From NCBI GenBank assembly GCA_963802945.1, contig CAWDKY010000012.1:1-40933 (forward strand): a DNA stretch of 40,933 nt, given 5' to 3'. Of this stretch, positions 1 through 9,458 are shown piece by piece. The stretch is from an uncultured delta proteobacterium. GTDB lineage: Bacteria > Desulfobacterota > RBG-13-43-22. The position numbers and the translations under genes were made by a program. How positions within the stretch are numbered: the stretch's first letter is position 1; each line of letters opens with the position of its first letter. Below the pieces are notes generated by a model that ran no database searches, was not told the origin of the DNA, and saw only the letters and a program-made list of their open reading frames with translations.

Positions 1-2478
1 ATGTTTTTACCTATTCGTTCAGTTACGTATTGTTCTTCCCTTTACCGACCTTGATGGAAATATTTCCCATAGAATTCTTGAAAGATTGTTCTGGATTGCC
101 ACTGGAACCTGAAATTTTTGCTCCCACGTAACTCGCAGCGTAAGCGACATCCATCCTTCTTTATTATTAAATCCGCTGGCATGGATACCGTACGCAATAA
201 GAAAATCGTTTGAAGTGCCCAAACAACTTCCGTTAGCACTTTCATCGATACATGGTTTATGACCTGATGGATTGAATAATTTACGGGATTATTTCCAACG
301 TAGGAATACCGATCGTAATCGGCTGGATTAGAAGGATCTGGTATCATCGAATCCGGCGAAATGAACCTGCCTAGCAAGGGGTCATAATATCTTGAGCCGT
401 AAAAATATAGACCATTCGATCCGCCTACCGAGGCCTCGGCGCGCTGCCCTGTGAACCTGTATGTGGTTGGCGTCGTGCCGTAAGTGTACCTGGTTCTTCC
501 CAAGGGTTTGTAGCGCAGCTCGCCGACCCTTGCACCAACGTTGTTTGCCGTGACGCTGGTCGAACCCAGATGATCGCCCAATAGATAAGACAGGTTGGCG
601 ATTGGGTCTGTCGTTGATCCGGTGCGCATGGCTACCCGCGTGGAACCGGCGTAATAATATTTTGTCATGGCGCCGTTCCACTCGAAATAGTTGCCTATAT
701 AGATGGTGTGTGGTTGAACCTACAATGCCCTTTACGCGGTTGCCGTCGCCGTCATATAAGAACGTGCATTTGTACTTCCGGTTACACCGGTCAGCCGGTT
801 TTCGGCGTCATACGCAAGCGAGTAAGGGCTGCCTACATTGCGGGTGATCATGTTGCCATTGCAGTCGTAAGAGTAGGTATAGGTATAGGTTGTTGACGTG
901 GCTATCGATACGGCATGTGGGATGGTGCGATTTCCCGCCGTGCAACTAACCTGGGCATTATAGGTTAAATTTGTCTCACCAAAGGTCAGGTTGCCTGTGC
1001 TGCTCGAGTATGCATAGGTTGCAAGGCCAGTATGTGCCACCTGTGCCGCCGTGGCCTGGGAGGTATGCAGCCGGTTGGCGGCGTCATAGGTAAAGGCCTG
1101 CGTCTGCGTTCCTCCATTAGCATTATAGTCCATGATCGAGCTTATATTCCCAACATCATCGTAGGTGTACTCGAAGTTTTGCAAACTCGTGGTGCTGGTA
1201 TAGACACCGCTCTGCAGGTTTTGCAGCCGGCCACCTTGCCCGTCGTCCCAGATCGTAATAGCTGTAATTGTTTACCAGCACGGGTTATTGCTCGAGTTGG
1301 CTGCTCCCAGGTAACGATAATCTACCCGGCCGGATGCGTCATAGGCGGTTTTTTGAACATAGTAGTAGCTGTTGGTTGGGCTGAACAGGCTGTTAAGGTT
1401 CATCTGCGCGTTGTAGGTGTAAGACACCACCTCGCCAATCTGCCCGGCGCTGCCGCCCGGATATTTCATGGAGGAAACCAGCCCGGCCGAGTTGTAGCCC
1501 CATTGGGTCACGAAGGTGCCCGAAATAGTTGAGCCTGCCGTGGGGGTGACGTATTTGGTCTCTTGCAGCACCTGCCCACGCCGGTCATAGGTTCCAGGAT
1601 GTAATCACCCGAATTGTCCTCATGCGTGTCCGCTGCCCATCCCCGTAGGCTTGATTTTCTGTGTAATTATCAAAATCCTGCACGCCGTTGTACTGCTGGT
1701 CGAGAAAACGCCCAATTCATACCGTTCCAATCTGAATGGGAGACAGATTTCTCCAGAAAACTCGGCGGGATTACTCAACGACCATACCTGGGCTATGAAC
1801 TTCCCGCTCGAATCCAGCATGCCAGTCCACCGGTGTACAAGGTATTTGCCGAGAGAGTTGAGCATATCCTCGCTACGTAGAGTACGGTTATTACTGGTAG
1901 TGTTCATAGCTCGATCTTCCCACTGCTCCAGTTGCGTGATTATCCCAAAGCGCCGGTAATTGCTTTGTCCCTACGACGCCGGTGTCGAAAGGACAGGCGC
2001 GACCGGTTGGCTGTAGTGATCTCTTTGAAGGTAAAGTCCGCCTGGACGTTATCTCGCTCCGGTAGTAGAGCGATAAAGTCCTGTTGTTCCAAATTGTCGG
2101 CATTGCCGGTAAGTCTCACCTGCCTAAGCCGTTTTCGAAGGTAACGCGCTGGCTGCTGGCTGTCCAGCCCTTCTCGGCAGTGTGCTTCCGGAAAGGTGTC
2201 CTGCACGCAGTAGCACCATCATAAGCCTTACTCAGGCTGGGCAGTGTTCCGCTGCCGCAAGTTCCGCTGTAGCTCTTGCCGGTCAGCCTTCCCAGGTTAT
2301 CATAGCCCAGGCTGGCAGTTGCATCGCGGGCATCTACCTGGCTGATCAGGTTGCCCTGGGCGTTATACGCATCCGGACCAGGCCCCCATATCCGGGTCGC
2401 TCATACCTGGTTTTACGCCCGGCGGCATCGTAGGTCATGGTGGTGGTCGCCCCGCCGCGCACCGTGGTGGTCAAGCGT
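1..2478 (-). CDS. RHS/YD-repeat polymorphic toxin, partial at both ends and broken by many frameshifts
   Basis: Fragments 42-668, 732-1184, 1272-1571 and about 2210-2470 carry YD repeats (TMTYDAAGRK, YDNLGRL, YDAENRL). The RHS core reads YLLGDHLGSTS...FTGQR...GLYFYGSRYYDPLLGRFISPD...YSYVGNNPVNY. A one-base shift restores NPSGH, after which the variable C-terminal domain runs toward the window edge. Confidence 0.9.
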
Positions 2479-2617
2479 GAATACTGATCACTCCGGTTTC
2501 ATTTTGAATATGGGTGGCGATTAATTTTCTGGCAATCTCCTGGTTTTTTCGATAGGCGGGAGAGCTTTCAATGGCATAGATGAGGATATTAGTATCCAGA
2601 AAAACCTTATCTTTCAT
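2471..2617 (-). pseudogene. PIN-domain (VapC-like) toxin, 3'-truncated at the junction with the RHS segment
   Basis: MKDKVFLDTNILIYA is a PIN N-terminal motif. The ATG at 2617 overlaps the antitoxin 3' end, and the ORF stops after only 48 aa at GVISI. Confidence 0.8.
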
Positions 2618-2837
2618 GAAGGTCCTCACGGTTCCAGGTGCGTTTGCCGATTTTGGCCCTGGATTTAAGGTAAAAAGCATCCAGTCCTTCCAAGGTAGAA
2701 TGTTTAGTTTGGTTTATGGTTACCACCTCTTTTAATCTTTGGGAGAACAAAGCATTTAACGAGGTTTTCTTTTTTAAGGCGACTTTTCGGGCTTCTTCTA
2801 AGAGACGGCTGTCAACTTTTAAGGTAATATTGGCCAT
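2607..2837 (-). CDS. Antitoxin partner of the PIN toxin (RHH/DUF6364-like)
   Basis: 76 aa, MANITLKVDSRLLEEARKVA...SLNAL, with a C-terminal WNREDLHER typical of these antitoxins. It overlaps the PIN start. Confidence 0.8.
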   Translation of the reverse strand: MANITLKVDSRLLEEARKVALKKKTSLNALFSQRLKEVVTINQTKHSTLEGLDAFYLKSRAKIGKRTWNREDLHER

Positions 2838-2870
2838 AGGGTTTTCCTCTTTTTGTTGAGAATTGGTTTC

Positions 2871-2899
2871 ATATTAGCACAATAAATGTGCTGGGTCAA
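2871..2899 (-). promoter_or_regulatory. Sigma70-like promoter of the TA operon with an operator palindrome in the spacer
   Basis: Minus strand TTGACC-17nt-TAATAT. Inverted repeat AGCACA-ataaa-TGTGCT at 2876-2892. Confidence 0.65.
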
Positions 2900-2911
2900 G
2901 TCAAATATATT

Positions 2912-3092
2912 TTGGATTTTAGATTGCGAGTTGCGGGTTACGGGTTATGGGTTGATTTAATTTCGGATTTCGGAATTCGGATTGCGGAGTGAAAAGAATG
3001 AAAAAATACGAGTTGCGGGTTGTTTCCATTTCGGCTTGCCGATTGCGGATTGCGAATGCGAAATGAAAATTGGGAAATGGAGATTGGCAATA
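2912..3092. repeat. Degenerate heptanucleotide tandem-repeat element
   Basis: Period-7 units such as gatttcg gaattcg gattgcg and gttgcgg gttacgg gttatgg. Confidence 0.75.
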
Positions 3093-3270
3093 AAAAAACA
3101 GGTTGAGGGAAGAAATAGAGAATAAACAAGATAGTGGGATCACCCATTAAAAGGCCGAGATCAGGGGCTGACCCCATTACTGACCCTGCTGACCATTTTT
3201 CCTACAGGTCTCCGGCCACAAAATCCGTCAGGTCCTTTTCCCGGAGAATTCTTCGTTTTCTTCTTTATCT

Positions 3271-3471
3271 TCATCTCCTGTTTTGCCGGGCAATTGGATT
3301 ATCCATATCGGAAAAAACCCAGTATCCGAGTATGATGAGATTCACCGGAGAGATGGTGGAGAGAAGCCCATAAAGGATTGGATTTTTGCCGTGCTTGGCA
3401 GCGATCTTCCCGAAGCATACGGCGACATAAACGGTTATGAGTATGACGACCACATACCCGATGCTATTCAT
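3271..3471 (-). CDS. Small membrane protein, hypothetical
   Basis: 66 aa with two hydrophobic segments. AGGAG/AGGGA upstream of the ATG. Confidence 0.7.
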   Translation of the reverse strand: MNSIGYVVVILITVYVAVCFGKIAAKHGKNPILYGLLSTISPVNLIILGYWVFSDMDNPIARQNRR

Positions 3472-3585
3472 TTCCCTTCTCCTGTCAGGATGTCCAAGTC
3501 ACCATGTGAAATGAAAATATTACGAACCCCCATTCCGTGAAATTGCTCGTAAGGTCCGGCCTGCACCTGGGAATGACTGATGGTT

Positions 3586-3756
3586 CTATAATTTAAGATA
3601 TTCTAACAACTTGTACATCAAGACTGCTGGCCAAAAAATGGCTTTAAAGAAACCAAATACCCCCCACCAGAACGTGGTTGCCTGTTGGATGAAATAGATG
3701 GCCGCACCGACGAAAGCCATCCCGTAGATACCTCCAAACATTCCGTTGTTTTTCAT
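3586..3756 (-). CDS. 56-aa two-TM membrane protein not in the ORF track
   Basis: AAAGGAGG RBS, then MKNNGMFGGIYGMAFVGAAIYFIQQATTFWWGVFGFFKAIFWPAVLMYKLLEYLKL, ending in TAG. Confidence 0.8.
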   Translation of the reverse strand: MKNNGMFGGIYGMAFVGAAIYFIQQATTFWWGVFGFFKAIFWPAVLMYKLLEYLKL

Positions 3757-4323
3757 TGCCTGCCTCCTTTCATGATCATTCGACCAGCTAAGGTTCTTGT
3801 CCGCTCATCCACCCTACCCTGTCTCGATACCTAAGATTTAAAAATCGGAACCCTTCCCCGTTTTTCCTGTTAGGTATTCTAAAACTGATGCTCTCAAAGT
3901 CTTGTTTCGGGACTTCTTCCTTTAAAAAATAATTTGAGACTTTTTCGTTCGAAAAAGGATTATCTGTCAGCTATCACTTCACCCGGCCGTTTGGCCGGTC
4001 AACTTACTTCAAAAAACAAGGAAATGTTAACTTCACAAATTATGAAGACAGGACTATTAAGGATGAGTTCAAGGTTCAAAGTTTAAGGCGGCAGGCTCAG
4101 AGCTAAAAGCCCAAAAATAATAATAATTAAATAAAGGGGGAAAGGGGGGAAGTCAAGGTTTTTTTGCCGGTTTTTTGCCAGAGACAAAAAGTCAAAGGGA
4201 AAAGGGGGTCAGGCTGATCACGGGTACGATTTGAATTATCTTTTATTCCTTGAAAAATTAGGACACAATGGGGCCTTAAAATGGGCGATTTCTTGAGTGT
4301 TCCCGGTCTAAGTCAAAGAGGTA

Positions 4324-5325
4324 GTGAGGCTATCATTGGAAGCAGTAAAAAAATTCCTTTTTCGTTCCCTGCACCCTGATCTTTTTCTGGGGACAGCCAG
4401 CGACCGCTATGCCGGATGGATCGGGCAGATCTATTCCAAGGAGAAATATAATAAGCGGATCAGCCGGCGTCCCAAGGTGATCAAGGGAACAACTTTCAGC
4501 GAAGAAATCCTGCCGGTGGACAGTCTGGAGGAGTATTTTGAACACTTTTCCATCTTGGAGATCGATTATACCTTCTATCGCCTTTTACTGGATGATAAGG
4601 GCAAACCAACCCAGAATTATTTTCTGCTTAAAAAATACGGGGGTTTTTTAACCGACCAAGATTATCTTTTTTTGAAAGTCCCCCAAATCATCATTGCCAG
4701 GAAGGTGCATCAAGGTCGGGAGTTTGTATTCAATGAAACCTATCTGGACCCCGTTATCTTCATCGAGCGTTTCTACCGACCGGCCGTGGAATTATTGGGT
4801 CCCAAAATCAAGGGATTTGTCTTCGAACAGGAATATCACCGGCAGCAGGAGCGTATTCCGGTGACGGAGCTGGCCTCCTTGCTGGATCAATTTTTTAAAG
4901 CCATCCCCGAGGATGATCGTTATCATCTGGAGTTGCGGACCGAATCGTATCTACAGGAACCGGTGTTGGAGGTCATGGGAAAATACGGTGTGGGCCAGAT
5001 CCTTTCCCACTGGACCTGGCTGCCTCCTTTGGAAAAACAGTTCCAAAAATCCGGAGAGCGTTTTTTTAACTCGGGCGGGAAGGCCCTGATTCGCCTCATG
5101 ACCCCCCTGGGCATGCGCTATGAAGACGCCTATGAAAAGGCCTTTCCTTTTGATCGGATGATCGAAGGGATGCTTCAGCCCCGGATGATCGCCGATACGG
5201 TCGATCTGATGCACACCGGGCTTGAGCGGAATATCCAAATGCACATCATCATCAATAACCGCTCCGGCGGCAACGCCCCTTTGATCGCCCGTCAACTTGC
5301 CGAAAAATTTATAGAGAACTCATAG
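4324..5325 (+). CDS. DUF72 domain-containing protein
   Basis: LFLGTAS..YAGWIGQIY, LEEYFEHFSILEIDYTFY, LKVPQ, HLELR and IIINNRSGGNAP match the DUF72 pattern. Confidence 0.85.
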   Translation: MRLSLEAVKKFLFRSLHPDLFLGTASDRYAGWIGQIYSKEKYNKRISRRPKVIKGTTFSEEILPVDSLEEYFEHFSILEIDYTFYRLLLDDKGKPTQNYFLLKKYGGFLTDQDYLFLKVPQIIIARKVHQGREFVFNETYLDPVIFIERFYRPAVELLGPKIKGFVFEQEYHRQQERIPVTELASLLDQFFKAIPEDDRYHLELRTESYLQEPVLEVMGKYGVGQILSHWTWLPPLEKQFQKSGERFFNSGGKALIRLMTPLGMRYEDAYEKAFPFDRMIEGMLQPRMIADTVDLMHTGLERNIQMHIIINNRSGGNAPLIARQLAEKFIENS

Positions 5326-5392
5326 TCTTTTTATTGATTGAAATGGTGAAGAAATACTAAAAAGAACGTAAGATTGATTGCATTCAATTTTT

Positions 5393-5471
5393 GTCATTCC
5401 GTGCAAGCGAAGCGCGACACGGAATCCAGTATTTTCATTAAGTTCTGGATGCCGGCTTTCGCCGGCATGAC
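5393..5471. repeat. REP-like double-hairpin element (GTCATTCC...GGAATCCAG / CTGGAT...GCATGAC)
   Basis: Two palindromic units in inverted arrangement. Related copy at 9278-9355. Confidence 0.8.
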
Positions 5472-5560
5472 GGCCTTGATGGCGTTACCAGCAATTACGA
5501 CACCACCTCTTGAGGTGGAGGGGAGGGAGGGGGGTAACATAACTTAAGGCATCTGTATTA

Positions 5561-5588
5561 GTTTTTAGCCACGGACCCACACGGACAA
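5561..5588 (+). repeat. Short dispersed repeat (gccacggacccacacggacaa)
   Basis: Matches the reverse complement of 10063-10090 at 24 of 28 positions. Confidence 0.6.
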
Positions 5589-5609
5589 GTACGAACGTTA
5601 TTTTTCTAT

Positions 5610-6167
5610 TTATTGCCCTTGGTAATAAATACTATTCTGATATAAATGAAAGGCGCAGATCACCAAGGAATGGGTGATGCTTCCCTTGGCGATCAAATCC
5701 TTTATTTCCGGAAAAGGGCATCGAAGCACCTCGATTTCTTCACTCTCTTCCGGGGTGATCTCGGCAATCTTCTTTACGCCCTTGGCCAGAAAACTATGAC
5801 AGCGATTGTTTAAGAAGGCCGGGTTGGGATGTACGAAACCCAGATAATCCCACTGATCCGATTTATAACCGGTCTCTTCCAGAAGTTCTTTCTGTGCCGC
5901 GGCCAAAGGCGTATATCCGGGTTCCACAATACCTCCCGGTATTTCCAGGGTCACTTTTTCGATTCCAAAACGAAATTGGCGGATTAATATGACCTCTCCC
6001 TCCTCGGTCAGCGGTATAACGTTAACCCAATCATGGCTTTCCAAGATATAAAAAGGTGCTTCCCGAAGATTGCGAGGTAATTGATAGTGATCTTCCCGGA
6101 TGTTAAAGATTCGAAATGACCCGATGGTTGTTGAACGGATGCGTTTCCATCTTTCGGCCAGATTCAT
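5610..6167 (-). CDS. NUDIX hydrolase (ADP-ribose pyrophosphatase-like)
   Basis: Nudix box EIPGGIVEPGYTPLAAAQKELLEETG. The likely start is MNLAERW (ATG 6167) with an AAGGAG RBS. Confidence 0.9.
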   Translation of the reverse strand: MNLAERWKRIRSTTIGSFRIFNIREDHYQLPRNLREAPFYILESHDWVNVIPLTEEGEVILIRQFRFGIEKVTLEIPGGIVEPGYTPLAAAQKELLEETGYKSDQWDYLGFVHPNPAFLNNRCHSFLAKGVKKIAEITPEESEEIEVLRCPFPEIKDLIAKGSITHSLVICAFHLYQNSIYYQGQ

Positions 6168-6196
6168 AGGTTGATTCTCCTTTGTCAAGACATTAA

Positions 6197-6340
6197 CAGG
6201 TTGCTGAAAAAGGCCCATCTACTGCGTTGCCCTCATCCCTCCCCACCTTTCGGCGGGGCAGGCTTTGCGACGTACTTATATGTACGACTCATTCCTCGGG
6301 ATTTCAGGCGCCTTGTATCTTAACCTTTTTGAGCAACCTG
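6197..6340. mobile_element. MITE, 144 bp, with 17-bp TIRs and a TAA target duplication
   Basis: CAGGTTGCTGAAAAAGG / CCTTTTTGAGCAACCTG (1 mismatch). TAA at 6194-6196 and 6341-6343. Confidence 0.8.
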
Positions 6341-6474
6341 TAAAGATGAGTTTTTCATATCCGGTTAATTTAGGTTCAACCTGACCCTTAAAAATTTCTC
6401 TTCTGGTTTTATTCAAACGATTTCGTCAAGGATATTGCCTCTATGATATGAAGAAAAAGAATACCAAAGAATGC

Positions 6475-6503
6475 TTTACATTTCACAACTTTTTTTTTAA
6501 AAT
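6475..6503 (+). promoter_or_regulatory. Sigma70-like promoter upstream of ybaB
   Basis: TTTACA-17nt-TAAAAT, about 70 bp before the ATG. Confidence 0.5.
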
Positions 6504-6573
6504 AAAACTTTACTAGCTAAATCTCATCCAAAGATTATGGTGTTCGAAGAAAAAAGGGGCAGGAGAAAGTTTT

Positions 6574-6885
6574 ATGAAAAATTTAGGCAACATCATGAAC
6601 CAGGCCAAGATGATGCAAGAACGATTGGCAAAGATTCAGGAAGAAATGGGCAACAAGACCGTGGAGGCCTCATCCGGCGGCGGGATGGTAACCGTGACCG
6701 CTAATGGCCGTCAGGAGGTCCTTTCAATCAAGATAGAACCCGAAGTCGTCAATCCGGATGATGTTGAGATGCTTCAGGACCTGATCCAGGCCGCAGTAAA
6801 TGATGCCCTGCGAAAGGCCCAGGAATTGGTTGCCCAGGAGATGTCCAAGGTAACCGGCGGACTTAAAATCCCGGGGCTTTTTTAA
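6574..6885 (+). CDS. ybaB: YbaB/EbfC nucleoid-associated protein
   Basis: [16 protein letters not shown]...[17 protein letters not shown]; directly upstream of recR. Confidence 0.96.
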   Translation: MKNLGNIMNQAKMMQERLAKIQEEMGNKTVEASSGGGMVTVTANGRQEVLSIKIEPEVVNPDDVEMLQDLIQAAVNDALRKAQELVAQEMSKVTGGLKIPGLF

Positions 6886-6887
6886 CC

Positions 6888-7499
6888 ATGGGACTATCTG
6901 TCTATCCACCACCATTGGCCCGGTTGATCGCTTCCCTTTCCCGCCTGCCGGGATTGGGCGAAAAGACGGCCACCCGGCTGGCCTTGCATATCCTTCGACG
7001 TCCTCAGGCCGAAGTGGCCGAACTGGCCCGCACCCTGACCGACGTCAAGGAGAAGATCCAGTCCTGTTCGATCTGTTTTAATTTAACCGAGGAAGACCCT
7101 TGTCCCTTTTGCCAAAATCACGATCGGAGATCAGGGATCCTGTGTGTTGTGGAAGGGCCAGGGGACCTGTTGGCCCTGGAAAAGGCCGGCGGTCTTAAAG
7201 GAAGGTATCATGTCCTTCAAGGGACTTTATCTCCTATCGACGGAGTCGGCCCCAAAGATCTACGGGTTCGTGAGCTTATGGAACGTCTCGAAAAGGAAAA
7301 TGTTTCCGAGGTCGTTCTGGCCATCAATCCTACGGCCGAGGGAGAGGCGACCGTCTCCTTTTTAGTGGAACAGATCAAGACCAGAAAACCGGAAATCCTA
7401 TTGACGCGGATAGCTTACGGGATTCCCATGGGAGGGGATCTCAAATACATGGACAATTGGACCATCAAGATGGCTTTAGACAGCAGGAGGGATGCATAG
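6888..7499 (+). CDS. recR: Recombination mediator RecR
   Basis: LPGLGEKTA HhH motif, C4 zinc finger CSIC...CPFC, Toprim motifs CVVE and EGEAT, and RIAYGIPMGG. Confidence 0.97.
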   Translation: MGLSVYPPPLARLIASLSRLPGLGEKTATRLALHILRRPQAEVAELARTLTDVKEKIQSCSICFNLTEEDPCPFCQNHDRRSGILCVVEGPGDLLALEKAGGLKGRYHVLQGTLSPIDGVGPKDLRVRELMERLEKENVSEVVLAINPTAEGEATVSFLVEQIKTRKPEILLTRIAYGIPMGGDLKYMDNWTIKMALDSRRDA

Positions 7500-9180
7500 C
7501 ATTATGTCGTCTGGAATGAAAAAAGGTTCTGAAATTATTATAGAGGTTTTGCAGGAAGAAGGGGTGGATGTTATTTTTGGATTTCCTGGAGGGCAAATTA
7601 TTCCTTTCTATGATGCCCTGTATCAATCTCCTATCCGGCACATATTAACTCGTCACGAACAAGGGGCGGCCCATGCGGCCGACGGCTATGCCCGGGCTAC
7701 CGGGAAGGTGGGGGTCTGCGTTGCAACTTCCGGCCCTGGAGCAACCAATTTAGTGACCGGTCTGGCCAATGCCCATATGGATTCTGTCCCCATTGTGGCC
7801 TTTACCGGACAGGTGCCCACCTCCATGATCGGCAACGATAGCTTCCAAGAGGCCGACATTTATGGGATCAGTATTCCTATTACTAAATACAATTACCTGG
7901 TCAAGGATATAAATGATTTGACCAGAATACTGAAAGAAGCCTTTTATATCGCCAGAACCGGAAGACCTGGCCCGGTTCTGATAGATCTTCCCCGGGATAT
8001 TCAAGAAGGAAAGATCAAATACAAACCGGTCAAGGAAGTCCAGATCCCCAACTACCATCCGACCGTGAAAGGGCATCCCAAACAGATCGAAGCCATGCTT
8101 AAGGCCATCAAGGAAGCCGAAAGGCCGGTGGCTTACGTGGGGGGCGGTGTCATCTCGGCCGGGGCTACCGAAGAATTGGCGGCCTTTATTCACTCGGCCA
8201 ATCTTCCGATCACCTCCACTTTGATGGGCAAGGGAAGTTTCCCGGAAGACGATCCCCTTTATCTCGGCATGCTCGGCATGCACGGGACCCGCTATGCCAA
8301 TTATGCCATTTATCATTCGGACCTGATCCTGGCCTTAGGGGTGCGATTTGACGACCGGGTGGCCGGCGATGTCAAAAAGTTTGCTCCCCAGGCCAAGATC
8401 ATCCATGTAGATATCGATCCGGCTGAAATCGGCAAAAGGGTCAATATAGATATCCCCATAGTCGGAGATTTGAAAACTGTATTGGCGCAAATCCAGGGGA
8501 GAATCAAATTGATCGAACGGAAAAAGTGGCTGGAGCAAATCGCCCAGTGGAAGAAGGAGTTCCCTTTGCATTATAAGAAGGAAGGAGAACTCAAACCTCA
8601 ATATATTTTGGAATGTGTTAATGCCTTAAAAAACCGTGAAATGATCGTAGTCACCGACGTGGGACAACACCAGATGTGGGCCGCCCAATATATCACCACT
8701 ACCAAACCCAGGTCATTCATTTCATCCGGTGGACTGGGAACCATGGGCTTTGGTTTCCCGGCGGCCAATGGGGCCCAGGTGGGCTGCCCGGATAAAACGG
8801 TGATCTTAATTTCCGGAGACGGCAGTTTCCAAATGAACATCCAGGAATTGGCTACGGCCCGGACTTATAATATTCCGGTTAAAATCTGTATCTTCAATAA
8901 CGGTTGTCTGGGTATGGTCCGACAATGGCAGGAATTGTTCTGGAATAAGCGCTATTCCCAAACCTGTTTTGAATTTAATCCCGATTTTGTAAAAGTGGCT
9001 GAGGGCTATGACATCAAAGGTAAAACGGTCCGATCGCCACAAGAAGTCATGCCTGCTCTTAATGAGGCCTTGTCCGTTAACGAACCTTTTTTAATCGATT
9101 TTCGGGTGGCCCCGGAAGAAAACGTCACGCCCATGGTCCCGGCCGGAAAAGGCATCAGTGAATTTATTGAAGAGAAATAA
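7492..9180 (+). CDS. ilvB: Acetolactate synthase large subunit (start may be 7504 or 7516)
   Basis: RHEQGAAHAADGYAR, TSGPGATN, TPP motif GDGSFQMNIQEL...NN, and GMVRQWQ. Confidence 0.97.
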   Translation: MHSIMSSGMKKGSEIIIEVLQEEGVDVIFGFPGGQIIPFYDALYQSPIRHILTRHEQGAAHAADGYARATGKVGVCVATSGPGATNLVTGLANAHMDSVPIVAFTGQVPTSMIGNDSFQEADIYGISIPITKYNYLVKDINDLTRILKEAFYIARTGRPGPVLIDLPRDIQEGKIKYKPVKEVQIPNYHPTVKGHPKQIEAMLKAIKEAERPVAYVGGGVISAGATEELAAFIHSANLPITSTLMGKGSFPEDDPLYLGMLGMHGTRYANYAIYHSDLILALGVRFDDRVAGDVKKFAPQAKIIHVDIDPAEIGKRVNIDIPIVGDLKTVLAQIQGRIKLIERKKWLEQIAQWKKEFPLHYKKEGELKPQYILECVNALKNREMIVVTDVGQHQMWAAQYITTTKPRSFISSGGLGTMGFGFPAANGAQVGCPDKTVILISGDGSFQMNIQELATARTYNIPVKICIFNNGCLGMVRQWQELFWNKRYSQTCFEFNPDFVKVAEGYDIKGKTVRSPQEVMPALNEALSVNEPFLIDFRVAPEENVTPMVPAGKGISEFIEEK

Positions 9181-9240
9181 CGGTGTAAGGTTCACGGTTC
9201 ACGGTATAGGGCTTTTCCTTAAACCTTGAACCTTAAACTT
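9181..9240. repeat. Inverted heptamer-repeat element
   Basis: ggtgtaa ggttcac ggttcac ggtatag, followed by complementary-type units ccttaaa ccttgaa ccttaaa. Confidence 0.7.
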
Positions 9241-9374
9241 GATAAACTTGTAAAAAGTCGCCGGAAGTTTTTTTTTCGTCATTCCGGCGAAAGCCGGAAT
9301 CCAGTTTTTAAAAGCAGTTATATTTATCCTGGACCCCGGCTTTCGCCGGGGTGACGACTTATTACGAACTTGTC
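9241..9374. mobile_element. MITE, 134 bp, with imperfect 20-bp IRs and a 6-bp direct repeat, containing a REP doublet
   Basis: GATAAACTTGTAAAAAGTCG / CGACTTATTACGAACTTGTC. AAACTT at 9235-9240 and 9375-9380. Internal GTCATTCCGGCGAAAGCCGGAATCCAG...CTGGACCCCGGCTTTCGCCGGGGTGAC. Confidence 0.75.
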
Positions 9375-9458
9375 AAACTTTGTGCTTTCAATATTTGTTT
9401 TTTTTTAACATCATAGTGCCCGGCAAGGGCCCAACTATTATCTGTGAGGTTATGAATT

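Noticed and set aside
1600-2210. Group II intron, immunity gene or attC cassette interrupting the RHS gene
   Set aside because: No intron boundary or domain V motif was found. The short ORFs join into one continuous reading after single-base repairs, so an in-frame domain fits better.
2919-3177. ORFs 2919-3143 and 2938-3177
   Set aside because: They are translations of heptamer repeats (IRNPQ/RNPK patterns) with no RBS.
6168-6218. N-terminal extension of the NUDIX ORF
   Set aside because: It begins inside the MITE. ATG 6167 has the proper RBS.
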